Shown here: in pieces, positions 51,860-63,200 of the stretch
How positions within the stretch are numbered: position 1 is the stretch's first letter
Layout: every line of letters starts with the position of its first letter
Assembly: GCA_030525705.1 (NCBI GenBank)
Contig: JAUNEE010000001.1
Coordinates: forward strand, 13,705 to 77,704
Source of the DNA: Moraxella sp.
GTDB lineage: Bacteria > Pseudomonadota > Gammaproteobacteria > Pseudomonadales > Moraxellaceae
Direction of reading: 5' to 3'
DNA length: 64,000 nt
Program-made: the position numbers and the translations under genes
Notes under the pieces: model-generated
What the model was told of the DNA's origin: nothing
The model's database searches: none
What the model saw: only the letters and a program-made list of their open reading frames with translations

Positions 51860-51873
51860 AATAAAGCCTCATT

Positions 51874-51907
51874 AAAAAACCGTCACTTTTTAAATGACGG
51901 TTTTTTT
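51874..51907. terminator. bidirectional terminator
   Basis: aaaaaaccgtca...tgacggtttttt. Confidence 0.75.
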
Positions 51908-51908
51908 A

Positions 51909-52649
51909 TCAAACACCGCCTCCAGAATAATTCATTAGCCCGATAATCGCAATCCCTGCCGCAGGAATGGTAAGCGGCAATGTCACGACATCATACGCAA
52001 TCGCAAGCGGGGTTAATAAAAGCATGGCGGGACGGGTATGTGTTGCCTCATAACGAAATACCACTTTTAAAGGTTCTTTTAGGCGATAAGACATCGCTTG
52101 AGTATTTTGGGCTTGTTTTACTAGCGTAAAAGTAGTCTCTACACTTTGTACGCACGCCAGCATTTCTTTTGCTTCATGAGTTTTTATCTCACAACCAAAC
52201 CCAAGCGTCTGCAAGCTTGCACGCTCACCTGCCTTTAATGCACTTTTTGGCTTTAAAAATAAAAAGCTGACCGTTTTGTTTGCTTGTGGCACGCCCACTG
52301 GATTGACACCCAAATCAAGCTCCACCAGCCGCTCCTCGCCAACAGTATCTGCGGTAATATACAGATGATTTAAGTCCACACGCTCAAAAATCTGACCAAA
52401 CAAATCCTGAGGTATGCTCATGCTCGGCTCTGGCGTCACCAAAATACTATTCTCCTGCCCAACCAATACCATGGCATGAGGGTGTGAAGCAATCGGGGTT
52501 TTAGGCTTGCCAATCGCAATAATACTCTCAGAAGCAGCAATTTTTTGTGTATAACGCTCCTGAACACTGCTATAAATCACACCTGCTGTCATACAGCCCG
52601 ATAAAACTGCCGCCATTCCAGCAACTGCCAATCCTTTTAAAAAACTCAT
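51909..52649 (-). CDS. lipoprotein, YidX-like
   Basis: MSFLKGLAVAGMAAVLSGC lipobox; C-terminal LLTPLAIAYDVVTLPL. Confidence 0.7.
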   Translation of the reverse strand: MSFLKGLAVAGMAAVLSGCMTAGVIYSSVQERYTQKIAASESIIAIGKPKTPIASHPHAMVLVGQENSILVTPEPSMSIPQDLFGQIFERVDLNHLYITADTVGEERLVELDLGVNPVGVPQANKTVSFLFLKPKSALKAGERASLQTLGFGCEIKTHEAKEMLACVQSVETTFTLVKQAQNTQAMSYRLKEPLKVVFRYEATHTRPAMLLLTPLAIAYDVVTLPLTIPAAGIAIIGLMNYSGGGV

Positions 52650-53212
52650 AGTGTACGCTCCTTTTTCGATGAATAAAACACCATTATCCATTTATCATAA
52701 ATTTGCCTATCATAATCACTTTTATCTTTAACACACTCTGTCACCTTAAAGCCAAGCGATAAATAAAGCTGTTTGGCAGTAGGGTTAAACTCAAATACTT
52801 CAAGTTCTATCTTGGATATTCCAAGTACATCAAACGCATATTCCATACTTTGTTGTAATGCCCATTTGCCAATGCCAAGCCCACGATACGCTTTATCAAA
52901 AATCGCCATTCTAAAATGGGCATAGCCTTGATTATTCATATCCATAAAAGCACATTCGCCAATGATTTTATCATCATTAACAATCAATAGCCATTTTCTT
53001 TGCGTGTCGCTTAATGACTGTTTAAAAAAGTGTATCACTTCTTCTTTCTTAAAAACAGGTTTTGACCCGGTCATTATGGCAACGGTCGCATCCAAGGGGC
53101 AAAAACAGTCATTATAGTATTGCTAACTTTGATGAATATTCGCCAGCATTAAGTCAATGTTTTGATTATTAATAGTGAATGTATATAACCTATTTTTGTC
53201 TATTTTTAACAT
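52646..53212 (-). pseudogene. GNAT (RimJ/RimL-like) acetyltransferase interrupted by an in-frame TAG at codon 30
   Basis: MLKIDKNRLYTFTINNQNIDLMLANIHQS*QYYNDCFCPLDATVAIMTGS...YRGLGIG...LEVFEFNPTAKQLYLSLGF; TAG at 53125-53123. Confidence 0.8.
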
Positions 53213-53214
53213 TC

Positions 53215-54288
53215 CTAAATCACAGGATTGATGACAGGAATTTTATTATCCTTATCCTTTTCTCTTTCAAATTTAGGATTAAAGCTTTGTACTTGTGGAT
53301 TAACAGGTAAACCCATATCGGCAAGTTTATCCGCCACACCGACTTGAATATTATCGCCTTCAAATAGCCTTTCATCATCGTTTCGTTCGGTTTTTAAACT
53401 TTCAAAATCAAAGAGTTCACGGTCGGCTAATTGACTTGGGGCGACATTTTGCAGAGCCTTAAACATACTGGCTAGGCGTTTTGGGTGTGCCTTATCCCAT
53501 TCACGAAGCATATCATTTATCATTGCCCGTTGTAAATTCTCTTGCGAGCCACACAAATTACACGGAATGATTGGAAATTTTTTATAATTAGCGTATTTAA
53601 TAATATCCTTTTCGGCAACATAGGCAAGCGGGCGAATTAGGATATTTTGTTTATCGTCCGATAACAGTTTTGGGGGCATTGCCTTTAAACTTCCGCCGTG
53701 AAATAAATTCAAAAAGAAAGTCGCCAAAATATCATCTCTATGGTGTCCTAATGCCACTTTGGTTGCCCCAATTTGTTTGGCAAAACCATATAATGAGCCA
53801 CGGCGAAGTCTTGAACACGCTGAGCAATAAGTTTTGCCTTCTGGCACAACGGATTTGACAATGCTATAAGTGTCTTTTTCTAAGATATAATAAGGAATGC
53901 CTTGTTTGGAGAGATATTCTGGCAAAATATGCTCTGGGAAATTGGGCTGTTTTTGGTCAAGATTAACAGCAACCACTTCAAAATTAATCGGGGCAATGCG
54001 TTTTAAAAATAACAAAATATCCAGCAGAGTAAAACTGTCTTTTCCGCCAGAAATACACACCATCACGACATCGCCATTTTCAATCATATTAAAATCACGA
54101 ATTGCCCAAGACACTTCTTTTCTAAGTTTCTTTTGCAATTTTTTAAAATTGCCAATGTCAATGCCGTCATTGAGTTCGTGTTTGTCATCATTAGCCAATT
54201 CGTCATCGCTAGAATCACCAAGCAATACTTGGTTTAGTTCTTGGATTTCTTGTTGGTCGGTTTGTTCGTTAACAGTTTGGGTATTCAT
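53215..54288 (-). CDS. ttcA: tRNA 2-thiocytidine(32) synthetase
   Basis: SGGKDS PP-loop, [24 protein letters not shown]. Confidence 0.96.
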   Translation of the reverse strand: MNTQTVNEQTDQQEIQELNQVLLGDSSDDELANDDKHELNDGIDIGNFKKLQKKLRKEVSWAIRDFNMIENGDVVMVCISGGKDSFTLLDILLFLKRIAPINFEVVAVNLDQKQPNFPEHILPEYLSKQGIPYYILEKDTYSIVKSVVPEGKTYCSACSRLRRGSLYGFAKQIGATKVALGHHRDDILATFFLNLFHGGSLKAMPPKLLSDDKQNILIRPLAYVAEKDIIKYANYKKFPIIPCNLCGSQENLQRAMINDMLREWDKAHPKRLASMFKALQNVAPSQLADRELFDFESLKTERNDDERLFEGDNIQVGVADKLADMGLPVNPQVQSFNPKFEREKDKDNKIPVINPVI

Positions 54289-54382
54289 AAAATGCCTGTT
54301 TAATAATCAAATAGGATTAACAAAATTCTTTAAAAAATTAGTTAAGGGCACTGCAATTCACCCCCACTAAAAAAATCAATCT

Positions 54383-57106
54383 TTATTCCGCACTCTCTTT
54401 ATCCAATGCCTTACTTAGCCTTTGTTCAATCTCATCTTTATTGGCAAGTTTAGGATTGACAAAGATACGCTTTTGGGTCGGCTTAGCATCAGATTTTTTA
54501 TTGCCATATTTATCATCAAAAAAAGTTTTTTGAGCGCCTTTATTTGGCTTATCAAAAAAAGATTTATCGGATTTTCTTTTATTTGATGAACTGGAATTTT
54601 TATCAAAAGTCTTGCCTGACGCCTTAGAAAAAGACTTAGCGGCGGATCCATCAAAGCCTTTATCGTCTTTATTAAAGCGTCTTTCGTTTTTTCCTCGCTC
54701 TTTTGATACCGCAGAGGATTTTTTATCGCCATCTTTGCCATTTTTTAAAGTGGCATGAGACATTATACCGCCTTGGTGGGGATTCTCTGTGATGCCTGCT
54801 GCTATTTTTTGGCTGTTTTTATGGCGGATTTCATAGCTTTGATGAATGGGTTTTTTAACATCAAAATCAAAACCGATGGTCTGATGCGTGATATCCGTCA
54901 CCTCATAACGCTGTTTTAGACCGTCATCAAGCTCAAAGCGGGTGTAATTATTGCTAAAATACAGCACACCGCCACTGGCGAGACGGTTCATTGCACGGTT
55001 AATGAGTGCCACATGGTCTCTTTGTACATCGAATGTACCTTTAAATTTCTTGGAATTAGAAAAAGTCGGCGGGTCGATAAAAATCACATCAAAACGCTCG
55101 GTGTTTTCTTTTATCCACTCAAAAACATCAGCGGCGATAAACTGATACTTTGGTTCATGCTCATAAAGAGTCGACAAATCAAGCCCGTTTAAGGCGAAAT
55201 TCGCTCGCCCCCAGTCCAGATAATTGGCGGACAAATCCACGCTGACCACGGATTTCGCCCCGCCCAAGGCAGCCTGCACGCTGGCGGTACACGTATAAGC
55301 AAAAAGATTTAGCACACGCTTGCCCTGTGCTGCAGCCCCCACCAACCGACGCATGGCACGGTGGTCGATGAACAGCCCCGTATCCAAATAATCGGTGAAA
55401 TTCACATAAAACACCGCATTACCCTCTTCGGCAAGCCAGTATTTTCTCTGTTTTTGGGCGTTGTCGTTCTTGGTGTATTGCTCATTGCCTGACTGCTTAG
55501 CACGGGTTTTAATAAACACCTGCTCCCGACTTAAAGACAGTGCTTGACGCACCGCCAGTAAGGCTTGATTGAAGCGAGCTTTGGCGATATCTGGGTCAAT
55601 TTGCTTAGGCGGAGCATATTCTTGGACGTGGGCATAATTGCCATATAAATCCACCGCAATGTTAAAATTCGGCAAATCCGCATCATAAATCCTAAGATTG
55701 CTCACGCTTGTCTCTTTGCCATGGCGTGATTTTTTTGCCTCTTTTTTTAGATGGCTTAGGTTTTTTTGTAGGCGGTTAATGAAAGCTTGTACATTTTCAT
55801 CTTCATGGCTGATGGGTTGTTTTTCAAAACGCTCTATCAAGCTTGGCGATTTTTCTAATTTTAAGCCACCATGACGAAAATATACTGTCAATGCACCATT
55901 ATGACAACGCAAGGTTGATGGCGTATCAATGGGCAAAGTATCCGCCTGCTCCACATGGCTTGCCAGTACGCCCATATCTGCACGGCGTATGCCTGCACTC
56001 AGAAGCCCTGCTACCGCCTGCAAGCCTAAGCCCTGATACAAAGGCTTAATGACATCACCCTCACCCAGACGCTCCCCATAGGGCGGATTTGTGATAATTA
56101 AGGGATACTCAGCATTTAAGGTGGCTAGGCTGTCAGCAAGTCCTGAAAGACTCTTTTGCAAAAAACTCACCCGATGAGCAATCTGCCCAAGCCCTGCCGC
56201 CATCAAGTTTTTATGGCACGCCTGCACCGCTGTTGCATCTGCATCAAAAGCCAACACTGTCATCGCTTGGAAATTATCCAAATTTTCATGAAAAGACCGC
56301 AAAGCACGACTCACCGCCGACTGCCAAAGCGTCTCATCATGGTGCTGCCAATGATAAAAACCGAACTCAGTATTCGCCTTATCAATACCCACAGGATAAT
56401 CGGCACGCATGAGCAGTGCCTCAATGATGAACGTACCCGAGCCACACATCGGGTCGATGAGGGCATCGTGCTTCTTTAAATGCCAGCCGCATTCATACAA
56501 CAGGGCAGCCGCTAGGTTTTCTTTTAAGGGGGCAGCGGTATTAGCGATGCGATAACCACGGCGGTGCAAGCTCGTTCCTGACAAATCCAAGGCAAGTTCC
56601 GCACACTCTGCACCCACATGCACCATGATGGAAAAGTTAGGATTTTTACCATCGACATTCGGACGGCTGCCGTACTTGGCATTAAACGTGTCGGCGATGG
56701 CGTCTTTGACACGCATGGTCGCAAATTGCTGATTCACCGCCACACGCTTATCCACACTCAGACGGATGGCAAAGGTGTGCGACAGCCCAAACAGTTCCAC
56801 CCAAGGCAAACGGCACGCATACTCATACAGCACATTCGCCACATCTTCGCTGATGACGTCTTTGGGCTTGCCATTTTCGATGATTTGCTTTTTCTTAAAG
56901 TGATACTCACCTAAAGGCAAAAGCACGCGGCTTGCCACTCGGCTGTATAGACAAATGTGATAAAACTGCTCTAGGCTGACAGTCACCGCCACACGCCCTG
57001 ATTTGATAAATTTTCCTGTCACGCCAAAGCTGTCAAGCTCAGTAATAAGTGCGTCTTCTAGCCCATCGGCACAGGTAAGGGTAAGATGAAAGGTCGATGT
57101 GGTCAT
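54383..57106 (-). CDS. rlmKL: bifunctional 23S rRNA m2G2445/m7G2069 methyltransferase with basic C-terminal tail
   Basis: THUMP domain, SLHRRGYR, DPMCGSGT, TNPPYGERL, YLDTGLFIDHR, DPPTFSNSKK. Confidence 0.95.
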   Translation of the reverse strand: MTTSTFHLTLTCADGLEDALITELDSFGVTGKFIKSGRVAVTVSLEQFYHICLYSRVASRVLLPLGEYHFKKKQIIENGKPKDVISEDVANVLYEYACRLPWVELFGLSHTFAIRLSVDKRVAVNQQFATMRVKDAIADTFNAKYGSRPNVDGKNPNFSIMVHVGAECAELALDLSGTSLHRRGYRIANTAAPLKENLAAALLYECGWHLKKHDALIDPMCGSGTFIIEALLMRADYPVGIDKANTEFGFYHWQHHDETLWQSAVSRALRSFHENLDNFQAMTVLAFDADATAVQACHKNLMAAGLGQIAHRVSFLQKSLSGLADSLATLNAEYPLIITNPPYGERLGEGDVIKPLYQGLGLQAVAGLLSAGIRRADMGVLASHVEQADTLPIDTPSTLRCHNGALTVYFRHGGLKLEKSPSLIERFEKQPISHEDENVQAFINRLQKNLSHLKKEAKKSRHGKETSVSNLRIYDADLPNFNIAVDLYGNYAHVQEYAPPKQIDPDIAKARFNQALLAVRQALSLSREQVFIKTRAKQSGNEQYTKNDNAQKQRKYWLAEEGNAVFYVNFTDYLDTGLFIDHRAMRRLVGAAAQGKRVLNLFAYTCTASVQAALGGAKSVVSVDLSANYLDWGRANFALNGLDLSTLYEHEPKYQFIAADVFEWIKENTERFDVIFIDPPTFSNSKKFKGTFDVQRDHVALINRAMNRLASGGVLYFSNNYTRFELDDGLKQRYEVTDITHQTIGFDFDVKKPIHQSYEIRHKNSQKIAAGITENPHQGGIMSHATLKNGKDGDKKSSAVSKERGKNERRFNKDDKGFDGSAAKSFSKASGKTFDKNSSSSNKRKSDKSFFDKPNKGAQKTFFDDKYGNKKSDAKPTQKRIFVNPKLANKDEIEQRLSKALDKESAE

Positions 57107-57165
57107 GTTTTTTCTTTTTTAGGCTTATAAAGGGAATGGGTGTATTATAGCATAAAATTACAATA

Positions 57166-57199
57166 AAAATCGGACGCAAAGCTCATTTTACGTCCGATT
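57166..57199 (-). terminator. terminator of the mscS gene
   Basis: aaatcggacg...cgtccgattt. Confidence 0.65.
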
Positions 57200-57215
57200 T
57201 ATCTTTGTCTTAACA

Positions 57216-58448
57216 TTAACTGCCATCTGGAAAAGTATGGGCGGGCGTCAATGCCGCTGGCGGTGACTTGGCAGATTCGGTCAGCGATGCGGACTCAGGG
57301 GATTTGACTGCTTGGAGTATTGCCTCCGTTTTTTCTGTCGCCTCTTTGCCATAAATCAGCTGCATATGCGGATACGGGGCGGTCATACCCTGCTCATCTA
57401 ATACCTTTTTAATGTTCTCAATGATATGCTCTTTGACAATAGGCAACCGCGCCACCGCAGCGGGTGCAACCCAAAAACGCACTACCAAAAACACCCCGTA
57501 CTCGCCCACCTTATCTATGGTCACGGTGGACAAAGGGTGCGGCAGCACTGCACTGTCATTTTTTAAAACCGCCAAGATACTGCTACGCGCTTCATCGACA
57601 TCGGCATCCAAGGCAATACGCACAGGCACATCAAATCGCACAAAGGTTTTCGAGGTTAAGTTCACCACCTCAGATGAAGCAACGGTAGAATTTGGGAAAA
57701 TCACGATGATATTATCACGGTCTAAAATGTGCGTGGTACGCAGGGCGATTTTCACTACACGTCCTTCTTGCGTGCCAATCCGCACCCAATCTCCCACCTG
57801 AAAGGACTGCTCCACCAAAATAGCAATGCCTGCGATAAAATTCGCCAAGGTGCTTTGGGCGGCAAAACCCACCGCCACACCCGCAATCCCCAGACCTGCT
57901 ACGATAGAAACGATATCAAAGCCAAACTGTGCCATGACGGTCGCTGACGCCAAAACCACAATCAGCACCACCACCATATTATGCACAAGCTGTTCAATCG
58001 AAGCATTTAAGTCATAGTGACTTAACAGCCCACGCACCAGCTGTCCGCTCATTGCCCATAGCACATAATAAAAGCCCGCCCAGCTCGCTGCTTTGGCAAC
58101 CGCTTTGATGGTGTCGCCTTTTGCTCCAACTTGAGTCATAATCGCCAGAATGCTCGCCACCAACCAAAAATACCGCAAGGTAGAACGTGCAATGCGGATA
58201 TGTCTATCCGACAAACGAAACAGCGTACGAGAGTGCTTAATGAGATAAACACAGACCCAATAAAAAAAGCCGATAATCGCCAATAAGATTAAAATCTTAA
58301 TGCCGATACCTAAAAAGTGCCAGCCACGACTTGCCCAGTCCATGCCTTCTTCAAGCGAACCGCCCAACGCCAGATACACCGACTGGTACAGCTCTCCTAA
58401 AATCTTTTCAAAAAAAGACGCCGCACCTAACGCCTCTGCACGCATCAT
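57216..58448 (-). CDS. MscS-family mechanosensitive channel
   Basis: AGLGIAGVAVGFAAQSTLANF, FQVGDWV, IFPNS, APYPH. Confidence 0.92.
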   Translation of the reverse strand: MMRAEALGAASFFEKILGELYQSVYLALGGSLEEGMDWASRGWHFLGIGIKILILLAIIGFFYWVCVYLIKHSRTLFRLSDRHIRIARSTLRYFWLVASILAIMTQVGAKGDTIKAVAKAASWAGFYYVLWAMSGQLVRGLLSHYDLNASIEQLVHNMVVVLIVVLASATVMAQFGFDIVSIVAGLGIAGVAVGFAAQSTLANFIAGIAILVEQSFQVGDWVRIGTQEGRVVKIALRTTHILDRDNIIVIFPNSTVASSEVVNLTSKTFVRFDVPVRIALDADVDEARSSILAVLKNDSAVLPHPLSTVTIDKVGEYGVFLVVRFWVAPAAVARLPIVKEHIIENIKKVLDEQGMTAPYPHMQLIYGKEATEKTEAILQAVKSPESASLTESAKSPPAALTPAHTFPDGS

Positions 58449-58693
58449 ATATAATCTATTCCAAAATACTATCCATAAAAAGTGATTTAATCTTACTTGG
58501 TTTTTTATTGATTAAATCTGATGTATTTTAACAAATTTTTATAACACTTGCACGCCCATTCTTTTTAAAAATCCTTAAAAAATCAATCACGCCTGCTTAT
58601 TTTTGGCTTTAAAAAAAAGGCATTTTTTGTTATTATGTGGCACAAATTTTTTAGCCCCGCTCTTCGCCATTAAAAATACTGTCAGGGAGTGCC

Positions 58694-59605
58694 GTGAACA
58701 ACTTTTTTACGTTAATTTTAATTCTTACCCCAATGTTTATCGGTTTTTCATTACCGAAAAATACCCACATTGCCAAATTCGGTGAATGCATATTAAACGC
58801 CTTGGTGTTTTTAATTTTATGGGTGATTGGTGTTGAATTAGGCTTAGTGCCAGACTTAGTAGAAAAACTGGGCAATATCCTGTTATATTTGACGGTGTTG
58901 ATTGTTTTAACCATTGGCTCAGGGCTATTGTCTTTATATCTTTTTGACAAATTCTCACCTTGTCCCTATTATAAAAAAAGCGAACAAAATCAAAGCGATC
59001 ACATTAGCTTAAGTGGCAGCGTCATTCAAATGGGCTGTTTGGCACTCGGCTTTGTCATGGCACGCTTTTTGCCACCTCAATTTTTACCGCCCCATGGCAG
59101 CAATACTGTACTTTTAATGCTACTGTTGTTTTTAGTGGGTTTATTATTAAAAAACGCCAACATCAGCCTAAAAGACACCCTATTAAACCGCCGTGGGCTG
59201 TATATTAGCACGCTGTTTATACTGTCTGTGCTGGGTGGCGGTCTGATTTTTGCGGCGATTTTCGAGGAAGTATCATGGTCGAAAGGCTTAGCATTGTCCT
59301 CAGGCTTTGGCTGGTATTCTTTGTCAGGCACAGTGATGACAGACGCTTATGGGGCGGTTTGGGGCAGCGTGGCACTTTTAAATGACCTTATGCGTGAAAT
59401 CATCGCTTTGATTTTTATTCCGCACATCATGCGTTATTCCTCCTCTGCTGCCATCGGAGTGGGTGGCGTCACCAGTCTTGATTTTACGCTCCCCACCCTC
59501 CAAAAGGCAGGCGGCAGTCAGATTGTGCCTTTGGTGATTAGTTTTGGTTTTATTACCAATGTCATCTCGCCCATCTTAATGGTCTTTTTCTCCTCCTTAA
59601 AATAA
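58694..59605 (+). CDS. lysO: lysine exporter LysO (YbjE) family
   Basis: SGFGWYSLSG, NDLMRE, GGVTSLDFTLP; multiple TM helices. Confidence 0.88.
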   Translation: MNNFFTLILILTPMFIGFSLPKNTHIAKFGECILNALVFLILWVIGVELGLVPDLVEKLGNILLYLTVLIVLTIGSGLLSLYLFDKFSPCPYYKKSEQNQSDHISLSGSVIQMGCLALGFVMARFLPPQFLPPHGSNTVLLMLLLFLVGLLLKNANISLKDTLLNRRGLYISTLFILSVLGGGLIFAAIFEEVSWSKGLALSSGFGWYSLSGTVMTDAYGAVWGSVALLNDLMREIIALIFIPHIMRYSSSAAIGVGGVTSLDFTLPTLQKAGGSQIVPLVISFGFITNVISPILMVFFSSLK

Positions 59606-59616
59606 ACCTTTAAACC

Positions 59617-59649
59617 AAAAAAACACCGAAGATACATTCGGTGTTTTTT
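59617..59649. terminator. bidirectional terminator
   Basis: aaaaaacaccgaa-gataca-ttcggtgtttttt. Confidence 0.8.
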
Positions 59650-59662
59650 ATGGCAAATCAAA

Positions 59663-60247
59663 TTATTTGGTGGTTGTGCCAAAAGGCGATACACCCGTTG
59701 AGACAGGCTGCACACCGATAATCCCCTGCACCGCTTCACCGCCTTCCGCAGCTGGACGGGTGGCAGTATCAACTGGCACACTCAAACGCACGCCATCAAG
59801 CCCGATTTTCACCCCGATTTTTTTATACCAAGGCAAAGCATCATAAGCTGCCTGCTCTGCCGCTTTTTCTCGTGCTTGGCGAGCAAGGTTATTTTGGGGG
59901 ACGATATAAATGATACGGCTGTCACTGGCAACCACACCTCCTGTCTCGTCCTGAAGTTCCGCAGTTAACAGGTGATTGCCCGCCTCATACTCTGCGGTCG
60001 CCAGCGTGGTTTCGTATTGATTGGCAGAGACGTACTGCCCGTCTACTTTAAACAGCAAGGTATAAATCGGCTCTGGGGTGGGCGTCACCGCAATTTTCAC
60101 ATCAATACTTTGAGCAGGGGTTAAATAGCCACTTTGGTCAGCAGGGCTAACAAAATTCACATTAAACGCCCATGCAGACACACTCAATAAAAACGCTGGT
60201 ACTACTGCCAAGGTTTTTAGCATCGGTTTTTTAAATACAGATTGCAT
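59663..60247 (-). CDS. secreted protein with an Ig-like beta-sandwich domain
   Basis: Signal peptide ending SAWA; FVSP...FKVDG...GNHLLTAELQD pattern. Confidence 0.65.
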   Translation of the reverse strand: MQSVFKKPMLKTLAVVPAFLLSVSAWAFNVNFVSPADQSGYLTPAQSIDVKIAVTPTPEPIYTLLFKVDGQYVSANQYETTLATAEYEAGNHLLTAELQDETGGVVASDSRIIYIVPQNNLARQAREKAAEQAAYDALPWYKKIGVKIGLDGVRLSVPVDTATRPAAEGGEAVQGIIGVQPVSTGVSPFGTTTK

Positions 60248-60458
60248 CACTTTTATCTCTTCTTTATCTTTTTTACGCAAAGACAAAACAGCTCATCAAA
60301 CTTCCTCGGGCAACAGTAAAACTCATGGGTTAACTCAATCACCCAATACGTCCGCTCGACCTGTTTTGTCATAATTGCCGAAAACTTCAGATAGCATAAG
60401 CAAAAAAACAACAAAAAACAAGCCCAAACCGCCAAATGCTCAAAAATTATACCCAAAA

Positions 60459-60487
60459 TAAAAAGCCGTCATCAGACGACTTTTTAT
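60459..60487 (-). terminator. terminator of glnA
   Basis: taaaaagccgtc-atca-gacgacttttta. Confidence 0.7.
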
Positions 60488-60496
60488 CAAAATCCT

Positions 60497-61906
60497 TTAG
60501 CAGTTATAGTACAGCTCAAGCTCCAAGGGGTGTACCGCCTCGTTTAGCTTATGCACTTCTTGCATTTTTAGCTCGATATAAGCATCAATCATCTCTTTAC
60601 TAAAGACATCGCCTTTAAGTAAAAACTCATGGTCTTCTTTTAGGGCATGAAGTGCCACTTCCAGATTTTCCGCCACGGTTGGAATGCTCGCTTCCTCTTC
60701 AGGCGGTAAGTCGTACAAGTTTTTGTCCGCTGCTTCACCTGGGTGGATTTTATTAACAATGCCATCAAGACCCGCCATCAAAATCGCCGCAAACGTCAAG
60801 TAAGGGTTCGCCGCAGGGTCTGGGAAACGCGCCTCGATACGCACCGCTTTCGGGCTAGAAACGTGCGGAATGCGGATACTGGCCGAGCGGTTAGAAGCAG
60901 AATACGCCAGCTTAATCGGTGCCTCAAAGTGGGGCACTAGGCGTTTATAGCTGTTAATGCTTGGGTTGGTGATGGCGTTCAAGGCACGGGCGTGCTTAAT
61001 CACTCCACCGATAAAATACAAAGCTTCGGTTGATAGCCCTGCATATTCATCGCCCGAAAAGATATTTTTGCCATCTTTAGAGATAGAAACGTGAACGTGC
61101 ATACCAGAACCATTATCGCCCACCAAAGGCTTTGGCATGAAAGTGGCGGTTTTGCCAAATTGAGCAGCAACATTACGCACGATGTACTTAAACTGCTGAA
61201 TTTCATCGGCTTTTTTCACCAAAGTGTTAAAAGACACCCCAATCTCAAGCTGACAACTTGCCACCTCGTGATGATGCACCTCGACACGTCCCTCGCCCAT
61301 CACTTCTTCGATTTTCTCGCACATCACCGTACGCATATCATGAAAACCATCAATCGGCGGTACTAGGGCATACGCACCTTTCACCGCAGGACGGTGAGCG
61401 GTATTGTTCCAGTCATAGCTGTTATTGTGTGACCAAGCAGCGTGTTCAGCACTGATTTTACTAAACGCACCTGACATATCGGTTTGCCATTTTACGTCAT
61501 CGAATACGAAAAATTCAGGCTCAGGACCAAAGAATGCCGTATCGCCAATGCCTGTAGATTTTAAATAAGTCTCGGCACGGCGTGCGATGGAACGTGGGTC
61601 TTTTTCATAGCCTTGCATGGTCGCAGGCTCAATGATATCACAAGAGACAACCACGGTCGGCGTCTCAAAAAACGGGTCTAAATAAGCACTTTCAGGGTCT
61701 GGCAATAAAATCATATCAGACGCTTCAATGCCTTTCCAGCCTGCCACAGATGAACCATCGAACATTTTACCATCTTCTAAGGTGTCTTCATCAACCGTAT
61801 GTGCAGGAAACGTCAGACGCATCTCCTGACCTTTGGTATCTGTGAAACGAAAATCCACCCATTTCGCCCCAGATGATTGGATTAAATCCAAAAGTTTATT
61901 GGACAT
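60497..61906 (-). CDS. glnA: glutamine synthetase type I
   Basis: [49 protein letters not shown] adenylylation site. Confidence 0.98.
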   Translation of the reverse strand: MSNKLLDLIQSSGAKWVDFRFTDTKGQEMRLTFPAHTVDEDTLEDGKMFDGSSVAGWKGIEASDMILLPDPESAYLDPFFETPTVVVSCDIIEPATMQGYEKDPRSIARRAETYLKSTGIGDTAFFGPEPEFFVFDDVKWQTDMSGAFSKISAEHAAWSHNNSYDWNNTAHRPAVKGAYALVPPIDGFHDMRTVMCEKIEEVMGEGRVEVHHHEVASCQLEIGVSFNTLVKKADEIQQFKYIVRNVAAQFGKTATFMPKPLVGDNGSGMHVHVSISKDGKNIFSGDEYAGLSTEALYFIGGVIKHARALNAITNPSINSYKRLVPHFEAPIKLAYSASNRSASIRIPHVSSPKAVRIEARFPDPAANPYLTFAAILMAGLDGIVNKIHPGEAADKNLYDLPPEEEASIPTVAENLEVALHALKEDHEFLLKGDVFSKEMIDAYIELKMQEVHKLNEAVHPLELELYYNC

Positions 61907-62128
61907 AGCACAGCACTCCATGAAATTAAGCAATTAAAAAACACCCGTTCTCGCTAATTAGCAATCAGCTCAACTGGCAATCACAACAGTATAGAACAAA
62001 ACTTTTTAAATTCCAATAACAAAAATTTTTTGATAAAAATAAAAATTGTAGCAACAGTACCGCTTTTATATGCACCATCATTAAATACATTTAAGCAAAT
62101 TTTTAGCTTTTTAAAAGCAATAATCCAC

Positions 62129-62437
62129 TCAATCTGGCAGTTTCATTTGAGTTTCATCCGGGTTTAAGCCAAAATAAAACACCACCGTCATCACCACGCT
62201 GTTTACCAGCAAGTAAGCCATATCCAGACTTTCATGCCCCAAAAGCGACAAAGACGCCCAACCAGACAACCCCAACGCCACCAGAAAACAGCCCGCAACA
62301 TAAGGCAAAAGGCGTTTATCGCTTATCGGCAGTCGGTCTTTGTTTTTCTTATGTGGCTTGATACGCTTTAAAAAAATGAGCGTCCCTGCCACATACATCA
62401 CCCCACCGACAAGCAAATAAACAAAAAAACTCATCAC
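62129..62437 (-). CDS. hypothetical membrane protein
   Basis: Three hydrophobic segments; in an operon with the upstream lipoprotein. Confidence 0.65.
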   Translation of the reverse strand: MMSFFVYLLVGGVMYVAGTLIFLKRIKPHKKNKDRLPISDKRLLPYVAGCFLVALGLSGWASLSLLGHESLDMAYLLVNSVVMTVVFYFGLNPDETQMKLPD

Positions 62438-62442
62438 ATCCC

Positions 62443-62979
62443 CTACTGACTATCATGCACGCCATCATGCGGTGACGCCAAAACCAAAGGTGTATCATCA
62501 CACGCCACCTGATAAATGGTATTCACCGCCCCAAACAAGCTCACCACATAAGAACTGTCCATATGCGGATTCACTGCCGTCACCGCTTTGTCTATACTCG
62601 CCAGTGCCATCACTTCATCGGCACGCACAAGCACAGCTTTAACGTCTTTTCTATCCAAAGAAATAGCATTCGTACTAAAAAACTGCCACGCCTCGTCCAC
62701 AGTCTTATTTAAAAGCGGCTCTGGCTTATCCCATGTGCCATCTGGCTCTTTCATCTGCATGGTGTAACCTGACTGGCTTTGATTGATAAAAATCTGTGCA
62801 GGCAGGCTTTTATCCACACTATAACAACCAGAAAAATCAAGCGTCGTCTTGTCTGTTTTAGTGTCTTTCTTATCCAAGCTAACCGTATTTGAGTCGCTAC
62901 TCGGTGACTGACCGCACGCCAACAGTAGCATTGTCACACCCAAAAGCATAAAAAATCGACAAGAAGATTTTTTCATCAT
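62443..62979 (-). CDS. hypothetical lipoprotein
   Basis: MMKKSSCRFFMLLGVTMLLLAC lipobox followed by a Ser/Lys/Thr tether. Confidence 0.75.
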   Translation of the reverse strand: MMKKSSCRFFMLLGVTMLLLACGQSPSSDSNTVSLDKKDTKTDKTTLDFSGCYSVDKSLPAQIFINQSQSGYTMQMKEPDGTWDKPEPLLNKTVDEAWQFFSTNAISLDRKDVKAVLVRADEVMALASIDKAVTAVNPHMDSSYVVSLFGAVNTIYQVACDDTPLVLASPHDGVHDSQ

Positions 62980-63200
62980 CACAGCTCTAATCTTAAAAAG
63001 GTGCATTTTAACAAGTCCTAACGCTTTTCGCCATCAATTTTCACGCAAAAAATGCTTTTTTTATCATCTTTCCAAATAAACCTCCAAGAAAATCTTAAAA
63101 AACTTTCATACATCACTAAAACCCCAAATAACAAGCCCATGACAAATGGGCATTTTATGCTATAATAATGCACAAATTATGTACATTTTTTGATTTTAAC

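Noticed and set aside
60253-60456. 67-aa ORF between glnA and the Ig-like gene
   Set aside because: No RBS or family motif; likely promoter or leader DNA.
62071-62087. NtrC site upstream of glnA
   Set aside because: Only the half-site TGCACCA is present, and I found no convincing sigma54 -24/-12 element.
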